Source: Minisyncoccota bacterium
GTDB lineage: Bacteria; Patescibacteriota; Minisyncoccia; Phycocordibacterales; UBA918
Assembly (NCBI GenBank): GCA_021734905.1
Contig: JAIPIB010000001.1
Span: 136,821 to 200,820 of the forward strand
DNA length: 64,000 nucleotides
Direction of reading: 5' to 3'
Part shown: in pieces, positions 45,046 through 54,245 of the stretch
Layout of the letters: every line of letters begins with the position of its first letter
Numbering within the stretch: position 1 is the first letter of the stretch
Made by a program: the position numbers and the translations under genes
The notes under the pieces: model-generated
Databases searched by the model: none
What the model was told of the DNA's origin: nothing
Seen by the model: the letters and a program-made list of their open reading frames with translations, nothing else

Positions 45046-45342
45046 GTGCTTGCCATTATGGTTATACGAATGAGACATACGCGGTCCCATACAGGGAACC
45101 GCCGTTCACACCACGCGCTTAAAGCGATCAATCTTTCGAAGTGTTCAAACTGTAGTGCGGCACATCGACAGCATCATATGTGTCTTTCGTGTGGATATTA
45201 CAATGGCCGACAAGTCATGGACCTTACTGCAGAGAAGGCAAAGAGAGACGCACGCATTAAGGCAAAGGAAGAAAGAATCAAGAGTACCAACGAGGTTCCG
45301 TCAGAACTACCCGCTCTCGACGAAGTAAAGGAATCGAAGTAG
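45046..45342 (+). CDS. rpmF: 50S ribosomal protein L32 with a ~40-aa Lys/Glu-rich C-terminal extension.
   Basis: 'MRHTRSHTGNRRSHHALK' N-terminus. The CxxC...CxxC zinc ribbon is 'CSNCS...CLSCG'. Confidence 0.75.
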   Translation: MLAIMVIRMRHTRSHTGNRRSHHALKAINLSKCSNCSAAHRQHHMCLSCGYYNGRQVMDLTAEKAKRDARIKAKEERIKSTNEVPSELPALDEVKESK

Positions 45343-45369
45343 GAAGTTGGTGAGTGGTCTTGCTCAAAA

Positions 45370-45400
45370 CACAAACATCCCCAGGTTGGGGATGTTTGTG
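45370..45400 (+). terminator. Hairpin after rpmF. There is no T-run, so terminator function is uncertain.
   Basis: 'cacaaacatccccaggttggggatgtttgtg' is a 13-bp stem. Confidence 0.35.
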
Positions 45401-45441
45401 TGAAAGCATCTGGTATACTAAAACGCAGTAGTTCATTTTTT

Positions 45442-46356
45442 ATGGCAAATCGGCATCTTTCAAGATCAATTGTTCTTCAATCACTCTTCGAGTGGGATTT
45501 AAATAGTATAGAAAAAAACGTTGTGCATGAGACGCTTATGCGTAACGTTGAGGAGTTTGCACCAAACAAGTCTGACACACCATTCATGGAGAATCTTCTT
45601 GATGGTGTTTTAAGTAAACAAGGCGAACTTGATCTTGTTATAGAAAAAGCTGCCCCCGAGTGGCCAATTGACCGAATTGCCCCCGTTGATCGAAATATTT
45701 TACGGTTAGGCTTATATGAACTTTTGTTTTCTGACCGAAAACAGGTTCCAGCAAAAGTTGCTATTAATGAAGCAATTGAACTTGCAAAGCAATTTGGCGG
45801 TGAAAATTCGAGTCGGTTTGTAAATGGTGTTCTTGGTGCTGTATATAAGGAAATTGGAGAGCCTGGTAAAGAAGAAGTTTCTCGATCAAAAAAGAAGAAA
45901 GATATACCCTATGAACAAATGGCCATTGAGCGTTTGGCTGGAGCTGTTGTGTATGCGATTCATGAAGGGGTCATGTACCTTGCACTTGTCCATGACATTT
46001 TCGGTCACTGGACTCTTTCAAAGGGTAAGATTGGCGACAGGCCTGAGATTGCGAATGAAAGTGTTGAGGACGGAACCATGCGCGAAGTAAAAGAGGAGAT
46101 TGGACTTGCGATTGAGATCGAAACCGAGCTCGGTAAAAATGAGTACATTGCATCACATCCCGAGAAGGGAAAGGTTCGAAAGCAGGTTGTCTATTTCCTT
46201 GCGAAGGCACCATATGTGGATTTGAAACTCGAACAGAAGGGTGGTCTTGATGATGCAAAGTGGTTCAAAGTTGCAGATATCCTTGAACTTAATTTTTACG
46301 AAGACATACTACCTATTGTGACAAAGGCTATTACGATGCTTGTCTCACGAAAATAA
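45442..46356 (+). CDS. Fusion protein: N-terminal NusB-like antitermination domain plus C-terminal Nudix hydrolase domain.
   Basis: NusB motifs 'RHLSRSIVLQSLFEWDL ... VPAKVAINEAIELAKQFGGENSSRFVNGVLGAV'. Nudix box 'GKIGDRPEIANESVEDGTMREVKEEIGL' (GX5EX7REVXEEXG). Start taken at 'MANRHL'; a GTG at 45400 also opens the frame. Confidence 0.7.
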   Translation: MANRHLSRSIVLQSLFEWDLNSIEKNVVHETLMRNVEEFAPNKSDTPFMENLLDGVLSKQGELDLVIEKAAPEWPIDRIAPVDRNILRLGLYELLFSDRKQVPAKVAINEAIELAKQFGGENSSRFVNGVLGAVYKEIGEPGKEEVSRSKKKKDIPYEQMAIERLAGAVVYAIHEGVMYLALVHDIFGHWTLSKGKIGDRPEIANESVEDGTMREVKEEIGLAIEIETELGKNEYIASHPEKGKVRKQVVYFLAKAPYVDLKLEQKGGLDDAKWFKVADILELNFYEDILPIVTKAITMLVSRK

Positions 46357-46531
46357 ACTAAATTGAGTGATTACATCGCGGTACTACAAAGAATACTTTG
46401 CACTATATTAACCATACCGCTCAAAATATTTTTATCGTCCCTCTCGTACGCATCTCAATTTTGTTTATTTTCAAAACCTGTCGGAATAATAATTTCTAGT
46501 CCGTAATTAACTTTTGTGGTAGTCTATCGCC

Positions 46532-47248
46532 ATGACAGAAGCACATGAAATCCCAGAAAGCCTTATAAGACTCGAAAAGCTGATCGGGGTTACTTTTAAT
46601 GAATCGAAACACCTCCTTACTGCGATAACACATCGTTCGTATCTTAATGAACATCGTGAGGCAAAACAAGAGCATAATGAACGATATGAGTTTCTTGGGG
46701 ACGCTGTCCTCGAGTTAGTTATTACTGATTTTCTTTTTCATAAATATCCTGAAAAGCCAGAGGGTGATCTTACGGCAGTCCGTGCAGCACTTGTTAATAC
46801 CTTGTCATTGGCAGAAGTTGCCACAAATATGAATATCAATGAATTTCTTCTTCTTTCAAAAGGTGAGGAGAGAGATACGGGGCGCGCGCGACAATATATT
46901 CTTGCAAACACATTTGAATCGATTATTGGTGCTATCTATCTTGATCAAGGATATGATGCGGCAAAAGAATTTATTGGAAGCCATCTTTTTGATAAAACGG
47001 ACACAATCGTTGCTAAACGCCTTTGGCAGGATGGAAAAAGCAGGTTTCAAGAATTGGCGCAAGAACATACAAACATTACTCCAAGTTATGAGACGTTGAG
47101 TCAGACAGGACCTGACCACGATCGTGTTTTTACTGTTGGTGTTTTTCTTGGCGGTGAAAAAATTGCAGAAGGAAAGGGTAGGTCAAAACAAGAAGCAGAG
47201 CAAGCCGCTGCTGATGCTGGGGTATCTGTAAAGGGTTGGGAGTACTAA
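46532..47248 (+). CDS. rnc: Ribonuclease III.
   Basis: Signature 'NERYEFLGDAVLELVITDFLF'. C-terminal dsRBD 'GPDHDRVFTVGVFLGGEKIAEGKGRSKQEAEQAAA'. Confidence 0.9.
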   Translation: MTEAHEIPESLIRLEKLIGVTFNESKHLLTAITHRSYLNEHREAKQEHNERYEFLGDAVLELVITDFLFHKYPEKPEGDLTAVRAALVNTLSLAEVATNMNINEFLLLSKGEERDTGRARQYILANTFESIIGAIYLDQGYDAAKEFIGSHLFDKTDTIVAKRLWQDGKSRFQELAQEHTNITPSYETLSQTGPDHDRVFTVGVFLGGEKIAEGKGRSKQEAEQAAADAGVSVKGWEY

Positions 47249-47273
47249 TGTTAAAAAGCAGAGGTGTACAAAC

Positions 47274-47329
47274 CTCCAAAAATAAACGGACCCTTCCAGT
47301 TAACTGGAAGGGTCCGTTTATTTTTGGAG
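47274..47329. terminator. 56-nt perfect palindrome acting as a bidirectional terminator after rnc. Family member (b) with core TTCCAGTTAACTGGAA.
   Basis: 'ctccaaaaataaacggacccttccagttaactggaagggtccgtttatttttggag' has 20-bp arms and A/T runs on both sides. Confidence 0.7.
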
Positions 47330-47385
47330 AATATCAGAAGTGATTAACATCCATACCTTATTTTGGAGTGAGTGCATGGTAAAAT

Positions 47386-47880
47386 ATGTGCATGAGATTT
47401 TTATCGTCTAGTAAGCGTGCTTTCACGTTGGTGGAGATTCTTATTGTTATGGCTGTTATTGGGATTTTATCCACTATTGTCATGTCCAATCTTCAAGAAG
47501 GAAGAAAGAGTGCACGTGATTCTCAGAGAAAGAGTGATCTTCAACAGATTCAACTTGCAATGCGCGCGTATCGTGATGCAGAATCGACTTCTGAGCACCC
47601 TTCATTTGCAGCAGGTGACCTTATTGGTGATGGTTTAGGTTTCGATAGTGTATTCTCTGGTTATGTTACAGGAAACATAAAGGATCCTCTCGACCGCGAC
47701 GAGTATCATTATTATTATGATAGTAGCTATACGTGTAATGGAGTAAATACGGTTGTCCTTGTCCAAACTATGGAGCGGTCTGGAGCTGGGAACTATAGTA
47801 GTGTTTGTAGTAGTGCGCCGTCAGATCTTGGAAATGGAATCACACCAACTGCAGACTCATACATCGTGATATTAAAATAA
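47386..47880 (+). CDS. Prepilin-type N-terminal cleavage/methylation domain protein (type IV pilin or pseudopilin).
   Basis: 'KRAFTLVEILIVMAVIGILSTIV' is a class III signal with Ala rather than Gly at -1 and Glu at +5. Confidence 0.65.
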   Translation: MCMRFLSSSKRAFTLVEILIVMAVIGILSTIVMSNLQEGRKSARDSQRKSDLQQIQLAMRAYRDAESTSEHPSFAAGDLIGDGLGFDSVFSGYVTGNIKDPLDRDEYHYYYDSSYTCNGVNTVVLVQTMERSGAGNYSSVCSSAPSDLGNGITPTADSYIVILK

Positions 47881-47884
47881 AGAC

Positions 47885-50170
47885 ATGTACCTTAAAGAAC
47901 TCACAATCAATGGATTCAAATCGTTTGCTCGCAAGGGTGAGCTTGAATTCACGACTCCTATCACCGCCATTGTTGGGCCGAATGGTTCTGGTAAATCAAA
48001 TGTTGCCGAGGCGTTTCGCTTTGTGCTTGGTGAGCAATCAATAAAATCTATGCGAGGAAAGCGTGGTGAGGATCTTATCTTTAATGGGTCTGAAAGTATC
48101 TCTCGTTCAAATCGTGCGTCTGTTACGATTTCACTTTTGAATCCATTAAGGAATGGAACAAGGGTCTTTCCTCTTGATTTTGATGAAATCACGGTTGAAC
48201 GTGTTGTTAATAGGGATGGCACAAATGAGTATTCTATCAATGGCTCGAAGACACGCCTTAAGGATGTCCAGGAGCTCCTTGCTGCAGCAAACATTGGTTC
48301 TACTGGGCACCATATTATTTCACAAGGCGAGGCTGATCGGATTCTTTCAGCAAGTCCTCGGGAGCGACGTGAAATGATTGAGGACGCACTTGGTCTTAAG
48401 GTGTTTCAATATAAAAAAGCAGAAAGTGAACGAAAGCTTAAAAAGACTCTTGAAAATATTGATCAGGTTGAGTCACTGCGCAGGGAAGTTGCACCTCACC
48501 TCAAATTCCTTGAACGACAGATTAAAAAAATTGAACGTGCACTCGCGCTTCAGGAGGAGCTTAAGGTTGTCTATGCTGAGTATCTGAAGCGCGAGGATAC
48601 CGTTATTGCATTCCATCACGATAGACTGACAAAGGCTCGACATAGTCCCGTTAAAAGACAAAAAGAACTTGAGGAGGCACTTGCTGTTGCAAAAGAAAAA
48701 CTTAAAGTTCAAGAACAGGATGATACAAGTGATGCTCTTGTTGAGCTTGAAGAAAAAATGTCTGTAGCGCGACGCGAACGACATGAAATATCTCGTATTG
48801 TAGGACAACTTGAAGGACAGGTATTGTTTCTCGAGCGGCAAATTAATGAAAAACAAAAAAGAAGAGAAGCAGAAGAAGAAACACCAATTCCTCGGAGCGA
48901 ATTCAAGAAGGTTATGGAACAAAGTGAGCGTAGCATTTCCCAAGCACTCGCAAACGGTGACATAAAAATTCTCTCTCGAGCAATCACCGACGTGATGCGG
49001 TCACTTAAGGTTCTCCTTACTCACACATTTAAAAATGATGATGCTGATGGCCTTAAAAATCTTGAACATGAGCTTGCAGAGTTAAAAAAGAAAAAAGCAC
49101 ATACAGAAAAAGATACGGAGAAGCTTCAGGACGAAGAAGGGAAATTAGCAGAAGAGTACAACGAACTGAAGCGTAAGGTTGAGTCAGAGAGTACTGAAAG
49201 TCGTGAAGCTGAGCGTGAAGTATTTTCACTCATGAATGAACAACGAGAAGTTGAACAGACCATTGATGGGTTTGACCGTGAACTCATAATGCTTGAGCGC
49301 GACCGGCAAGAATTTAAAGACGAGTTACAAGAGGCTGTGTCACTCCTTGGGCGTGGGGCTGGAATGTATTTTGAATATGAGGTTGTTGATACAGAAGGCA
49401 AAAAGCTACCACCCGAGGAACTAGTTAATGAGAATCGGTCAGTACAGCACGGAAGAAGGCGTGAACTGGAACGAATGAAGATACGTCTTGAAGAGCTTGG
49501 GATTGGTTCAAATGATGATGTTCTCAAGGAGTACAAAGAGGTAAAGGGGAGAGATGAATTCTTGATGCACGAGCTCAGCGATTTAACTTTGTCAGTAGAA
49601 AAACTCGAGGCACTCATTCAGGAACTCACCAATGACCTCAATGAACAATTTATTTTAGGTATTGAGAAAATAGGTTCTGAGTTTAGTAAATTCTTTGTAC
49701 TCATGTTTGGCGGAGGAAGTGCTGAGCTCTTAAGAATTAAGCCGAAGGTATCAAAGAAGAATGAAGAAGACCTCGAGAATATTGATATCGATGAAGTGGT
49801 CGAAGAAGAACCAGAAGAGGGGATTGAGATTGATGTTAAGCTCCCGAACAAGCGTGTTCGGGGATTAGATATGCTCTCAGGTGGAGAACGTGCCCTCACC
49901 TCTATTGCACTTATCTTTGCGATGAGTCAGGTGAACCCACCACTCTTTGTGATTCTTGATGAAACAGATGCGGCACTTGATGAGGCGAACAGTCGTCGAT
50001 ACGGCGATATGATTTCCGCGCTCGCAGAAAAGTCACAGCTTATTTTGATTACTCACAATCGAGAGACAATGGGACGTGCGGGAGTTCTTTACGGAGTGAC
50101 AATGGCAGGGGACGGTATTTCTAAATTACTTTCAGTAAAGTTTGACGAGGCAGTTGCAGTAGCGAAGTAA
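47885..50170 (+). CDS. smc: SMC-family ATPase (short chromosome-partition protein, 761 aa).
   Basis: Walker A 'VGPNGSGKSNVAEA'. Long coiled-coil middle. Signature and Walker B 'LSGGERALTSIALIFAM...FVILDETDAALD'. Confidence 0.8.
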   Translation: MYLKELTINGFKSFARKGELEFTTPITAIVGPNGSGKSNVAEAFRFVLGEQSIKSMRGKRGEDLIFNGSESISRSNRASVTISLLNPLRNGTRVFPLDFDEITVERVVNRDGTNEYSINGSKTRLKDVQELLAAANIGSTGHHIISQGEADRILSASPRERREMIEDALGLKVFQYKKAESERKLKKTLENIDQVESLRREVAPHLKFLERQIKKIERALALQEELKVVYAEYLKREDTVIAFHHDRLTKARHSPVKRQKELEEALAVAKEKLKVQEQDDTSDALVELEEKMSVARRERHEISRIVGQLEGQVLFLERQINEKQKRREAEEETPIPRSEFKKVMEQSERSISQALANGDIKILSRAITDVMRSLKVLLTHTFKNDDADGLKNLEHELAELKKKKAHTEKDTEKLQDEEGKLAEEYNELKRKVESESTESREAEREVFSLMNEQREVEQTIDGFDRELIMLERDRQEFKDELQEAVSLLGRGAGMYFEYEVVDTEGKKLPPEELVNENRSVQHGRRRELERMKIRLEELGIGSNDDVLKEYKEVKGRDEFLMHELSDLTLSVEKLEALIQELTNDLNEQFILGIEKIGSEFSKFFVLMFGGGSAELLRIKPKVSKKNEEDLENIDIDEVVEEEPEEGIEIDVKLPNKRVRGLDMLSGGERALTSIALIFAMSQVNPPLFVILDETDAALDEANSRRYGDMISALAEKSQLILITHNRETMGRAGVLYGVTMAGDGISKLLSVKFDEAVAVAK

Positions 50171-50198
50171 GAAGACTTATTTATTAAAATAAAAATAG

Positions 50199-50228
50199 CA
50201 AAACCCAGACGGATGTCTGGGTTTTTTG
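50199..50228. terminator. Bidirectional terminator between smc (+) and a small minus-strand gene.
   Basis: 'aaaacccagacggatgtctgggtttttt'. Confidence 0.7.
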
Positions 50229-50246
50229 TAAGCACGTTGACGTATG

Positions 50247-50489
50247 TCAAAGCGCTTCTGATTTTGAACAAATACAATGTCCAACCTGGACACTGAGATG
50301 GTTAAGTTTGAAGAACTCCTCAATCTCTTCCGCGGTCACACCATCCCCGAAGTCCATTTTTGCCGAATAGTTCAAAGGAGAACGTTCAGCCCTGGTTATT
50401 TTCTTCGCCGGATATTTCTTCCATAGAGCCGCAAGGAACAACTTGACTGCATACTCCGGTCCACAAACGACAATTCCGCATTCAGCCAT
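50247..50489 (-). CDS. Hypothetical small protein (80 aa).
   Basis: RBS 'gagaggagacagaaATG' on the minus strand, bracketed by a terminator. No family recognised. Confidence 0.4.
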   Translation of the reverse strand: MAECGIVVCGPEYAVKLFLAALWKKYPAKKITRAERSPLNYSAKMDFGDGVTAEEIEEFFKLNHLSVQVGHCICSKSEAL

Positions 50490-50610
50490 TTCTGTCTCCT
50501 CTCATATTTAACAATGGTCTAATTATATTATACAACAAAAAAACTTGAATTACAATAAGCATTGTTGGAAATGCTGTATTTGTTTATTTTTTAGTGTTTT
50601 AAATAGAAGT

Positions 50611-52554
50611 TTAAGCAAGCTCAAAATCAAGGACTCGTTCTTCCATGTCGGCACGTGTAAGTTTGATGCGAATTCCACCTCCCAGTGAATAGGTTTTTCC
50701 GGTACGATTACCTTTGACTCTGTATTTGCTTGATTCGTGTGTAAAGAAGTCACTTTTCATACTTGAGAGACGAATCATACCTTCGCATCGTGTTTCTTTT
50801 ACTTCAACATACATGCCCCAATCTGTAACTCCAGTAATGATACCGTCAAATTCTTGTCCGACTTTATCAAGCATGTACTCAACCTGCTTGTATTTGATTG
50901 AATCACGTTCAGCGGTAACCGCGGTCATTTCACGTTCAGATGACTGAATTGAGAGTTTTTCAAATTTAATTATTTCAGAACTTTTTATTACTGACCCATC
51001 AAGGTGTCGCCGAAGGAGACGGTGTGCCATGAGGTCGGGATATCTTCGAATTGGCGATGTGAAGTGTGTGTAGTATTTAAAAGCGAGACCATAGTGCCCA
51101 ATGTTTTTTGTGGTGTAGATTGCTTTTGCCATTGAACGAATCGTTGCGGTCTTAATGAGATTTTCCTCAGGCGTTCCCTCGATAGACTTTAAGAGTTTGT
51201 TAATATCCCTAGCGTCAACAATACCTTTATTCGATTTAAATTCATGACCCAGTGCATGGAGAAAGATGGTGAGGTCTTCAATTTTTTCTGGATTGGGAAG
51301 ATCATGAACACGATAGACGAATGCGGCATCTCGTCCAAGTTTTTTTGTGTGGCTATGCACGAATTCTGCCACACGACGATTTGCGAGAAGCATAAAATCC
51401 TCAATCATGAGCATGGTCTCTGTGCGGACTTTTGCGTAGACTCGCAGTGGTTTACCTTCTGCATCAAGTTCAAATCTGACCTCAGGTTGGTCAAAGGCAA
51501 TAGCTCCGTCCACGAACCGTTGTTTTCGTAACATCCTCCCGATACTCATTAATGTTGAAAGTTCAGTGTGAAGCGGTCCTTTGCCAGAATCCAAGACTTC
51601 CTGCGCTTCTTCATAGCTGAATCGTTTATCTGAATGAATGATCGTCTGCCCGTACCATTCATTATGAATTTTACCCTGTGCGTCCATTTCGAAAACAGCA
51701 GAAAAAGAAAGTCGGTCTTCATTGGGACGAAGGGAACAGAGGTCGTTTGAAAGTACTTCAGGAAGCATCGGAATGACACGATCGACAAGGTAGATAGACG
51801 TGCCTCGTGATTGGGCCTCTTTATCGATAATGTCATCTTCTCGGACATAGTGTGAGACATCAGCAATATGGATACCAACCTCGTAGTTACCATTTTCGAG
51901 TGCGTGAAAAGAAATTGCATCATCAAAATCTTTTGCGTCAGCAGGGTCAATGGTACAGGTAGTACGATCACGCATGTCTCGCCGTTTTGGTTTTTCGCCT
52001 TGTGTATCAAGAACAGCTTGGGCAAAAATCGCTTCTTTTCTGGCATAAAGCTCTTGCCCAGCTTTTGCAATTGGTTCAGGAAAGTTTTCTGAGAAACCAC
52101 CACCTCGAATAATTGCTTGCATTTCAGTTTCGTGATCTCCGGCAGGACCTAGAATTTCCGTGATAGTACCAGTAGGGTCGGCGAGCGGGCTTTCCCAGGC
52201 TTTTATATGGACAACAACCTTCATTCCTTCATGTGTCGTCGTTGCATCGGGAAGTAGAGGTCGTATATGAATACGTCGATTGTCGGGAAGGAGCCTATAG
52301 ACACCAGCTTTCTTTTGGACTGAGCCGATAAACTCAGTATATTTTCGATCAATGACGCGGAGAACTTTTCCTTCCTGTCTCTTTCCGGGTACTTTTTTTC
52401 CAATCTCAAATTCTACAATGTCTCCATCGAGTGCGAAGGAAAGCGCTTCTGTTGGAATGAGAATATCCTCTTCATAATTTGGGACAGCAACAAACCCCGT
52501 GCCTTTTCCACGAATCATGATAACACCTTCAAATATTGATTTTTCTGCTTCCAT
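50611..52554 (-). CDS. rnr: Ribonuclease R / RNB-family 3'-5' exoribonuclease with a C-terminal S1 domain.
   Basis: RNB motifs 'IDPADAKDFDDAISFHALENGNYEVGIHIADVSHYV'. C-terminal S1 'GIITGVTDWGMYVEV...MIRLSSM'. Confidence 0.85.
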   Translation of the reverse strand: MEAEKSIFEGVIMIRGKGTGFVAVPNYEEDILIPTEALSFALDGDIVEFEIGKKVPGKRQEGKVLRVIDRKYTEFIGSVQKKAGVYRLLPDNRRIHIRPLLPDATTTHEGMKVVVHIKAWESPLADPTGTITEILGPAGDHETEMQAIIRGGGFSENFPEPIAKAGQELYARKEAIFAQAVLDTQGEKPKRRDMRDRTTCTIDPADAKDFDDAISFHALENGNYEVGIHIADVSHYVREDDIIDKEAQSRGTSIYLVDRVIPMLPEVLSNDLCSLRPNEDRLSFSAVFEMDAQGKIHNEWYGQTIIHSDKRFSYEEAQEVLDSGKGPLHTELSTLMSIGRMLRKQRFVDGAIAFDQPEVRFELDAEGKPLRVYAKVRTETMLMIEDFMLLANRRVAEFVHSHTKKLGRDAAFVYRVHDLPNPEKIEDLTIFLHALGHEFKSNKGIVDARDINKLLKSIEGTPEENLIKTATIRSMAKAIYTTKNIGHYGLAFKYYTHFTSPIRRYPDLMAHRLLRRHLDGSVIKSSEIIKFEKLSIQSSEREMTAVTAERDSIKYKQVEYMLDKVGQEFDGIITGVTDWGMYVEVKETRCEGMIRLSSMKSDFFTHESSKYRVKGNRTGKTYSLGGGIRIKLTRADMEERVLDFELA

Positions 52555-52956
52555 GTGGTGTCGAGTGTATCATGGACTTGATTGATGGGCTACATAGGGT
52601 ATATTTTAAATAGGAGTGGAAGAAATCAACCGAGATTCCTGTACGGAACAATGTATTGGAGTAGCCAGCTCGCAAACGGCCGATTTTATCGGTTGGAAGT
52701 TATCTAAGCGCGCACTCATGGGTGTTACCTCAACAGTGGTCTGACAATAATTGCAGGGATTGTGGTCCTGCGAGGAAAACAGGCTACGCTACGTTGTCCG
52801 TACATCCACGGCTAAACCGTTCCTCCCTATTCCATGGCCAGTGAACCTTTCCAAGGTATGCTGGCTTTTTCTTTTTACGAACTTGGTGTGGGGTTGACCA
52901 TTGTGGCCCATTCTGGTACTCTTCTTCGCACTACAAGTGAGCGAGTGAGGGATGTG

Positions 52957-52992
52957 GACAAAACAAAGACAGCAGTTTTTGTTTTGTATATA
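52957..52992 (+). terminator. Hairpin with T-rich tail upstream of rpsP. It may terminate an upstream plus-strand transcript.
   Basis: 'acaaaacaaagacagcagtttttgttttgtatat'. Confidence 0.4.
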
Positions 52993-53029
52993 TCCGAACG
53001 AGAGAAACTTGTATAAATTTTGAATTTAT

Positions 53030-53527
53030 ATGTTAAAGATGCGATTACAACGAATTGGCCGAAAAAATAACCCCGCATACCGGGTTGTTGTTACTGATTC
53101 TCGAAATGCTGCAAAGCGCGGAACTAGTGTTGATGTTATTGGTTCGTATGATCCAAAGGCAGGTAAGTTCCAGATTGACGGAGAGAAAGCAAAACACTGG
53201 ATTTCACACGGGGTTCAAGTTTCAGATACGGTTCATAACTTCCTTATAAGCGAGAAAATCATTGAAGGGAAGAAGATAAATGCACTTTCAAAAAAATCTC
53301 CTATTGTAGATGAGGCGAAGATTAAGGCAGAAGCTGAAGCGAAGGCAGCAAAGGAAGCAAAAGCTATAGCAGATGCAGAAGCGAAAATCGCTGCAGAGAA
53401 AGCAGAGGCTGAAGCTCCAGCTGTAGCTGAGGTAGAGGAAGTTGTTACTGAAGAGGCGGTAGTGGTGGAAACTCCTGCTGAAGAAGCGTCAGCTCCAGAT
53501 GTGGTGGAAGAAGAAGTGAAGGCATAA
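53030..53527 (+). CDS. rpsP: 30S ribosomal protein S16 with an Ala/Glu/Lys-rich C-terminal extension.
   Basis: 'MRLQRIGRKNNPAYRVVVTDSRNAAKRG' matches the S16 N-terminus. The tail is 'AKIKAEAEAKAAKEAKAIADAEAKIAAEKAEAEA...'. Confidence 0.85.
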   Translation: MLKMRLQRIGRKNNPAYRVVVTDSRNAAKRGTSVDVIGSYDPKAGKFQIDGEKAKHWISHGVQVSDTVHNFLISEKIIEGKKINALSKKSPIVDEAKIKAEAEAKAAKEAKAIADAEAKIAAEKAEAEAPAVAEVEEVVTEEAVVVETPAEEASAPDVVEEEVKA

Positions 53528-53676
53528 TATATTTGATTTAGGAAGTAATACACCCACATGAGGATTCTCCTCATGTGGGTGTATTGACGTATGCGTTCTA
53601 CCTGCTACCATTCTAGTCAGTACGTTTTAGTAATGAACGTCACGGAAGCTTAACAGAGTAAGTTCTCAATTCACAT

Positions 53677-54030
53677 ATGGAATTAGATCAACAGTTTCTT
53701 GAACAGCTTGTAGTATCACTCGTAGATCATCCTGAAAGCGTAAAGGTTAATCGAACTGTAGATGAGATGGGAGTACTACTTACACTTGATGTGCACGCAG
53801 AAGACATGGGGAAGATAATTGGTCGTTCTGGAAATACAGCAAAGGCAATTCGAACACTGCTTCGTGTTGTAGGCATGAAGAACGAAGCGCGAGTTAATTT
53901 GAAAATCAATGAACCTGAAGGAGGGACGCGTTCAGTTGCATCTGCTGATGCAAACGTTGATGTAAGTGCTGACGAGGTACCGAATGAGCCTAAGTCTTTA
54001 GACGAAGCAATCGACGGTTTGCGCATATAA
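53677..54030 (+). CDS. KH-domain RNA-binding protein (UPF0109/YlqC-like), at the usual position after rpsP.
   Basis: 'VKVNRTVDEMGVLLTLDVHAEDMGKIIGRSGNTAKAIRTLLRV' carries the GxxG KH motif. Confidence 0.75.
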   Translation: MELDQQFLEQLVVSLVDHPESVKVNRTVDEMGVLLTLDVHAEDMGKIIGRSGNTAKAIRTLLRVVGMKNEARVNLKINEPEGGTRSVASADANVDVSADEVPNEPKSLDEAIDGLRI

Positions 54031-54167
54031 TTCCACAGTTGGAAAATTTCGTTGTTGAAACTTCAATTTCCTTCCTCGCCGTACGAGATGTACGGCTCAG
54101 TCGTAAATTTCGTTTCGCCTAGAACTTTTCTCAACTCTGAAATTATCTGTCGTAGATAGACGTAAGA

Positions 54168-54217
54168 TCTCCAAACACAAAACCTTCCAGTTAACTGGAA
54201 GGTTTTGTGTTTGGAGA
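54168..54217. repeat. 50-nt perfect palindrome, family member (c) with core TTCCAGTTAACTGGAA, inside the rpsP-trmD operon.
   Basis: 'tctccaaacacaaaaccttccagttaactggaaggttttgtgtttggaga' has 17-bp arms. Confidence 0.65.
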
Positions 54218-54245
54218 AAGTCTGAAATTATGCAAAACTATCTAG

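Noticed and set aside
53233-53574. 113-aa minus-strand Ala/Ser-rich ORF across the rpsP 3' region.
   Set aside because: It is the antisense of the Ala/Glu/Lys-codon repetitive extension of S16.
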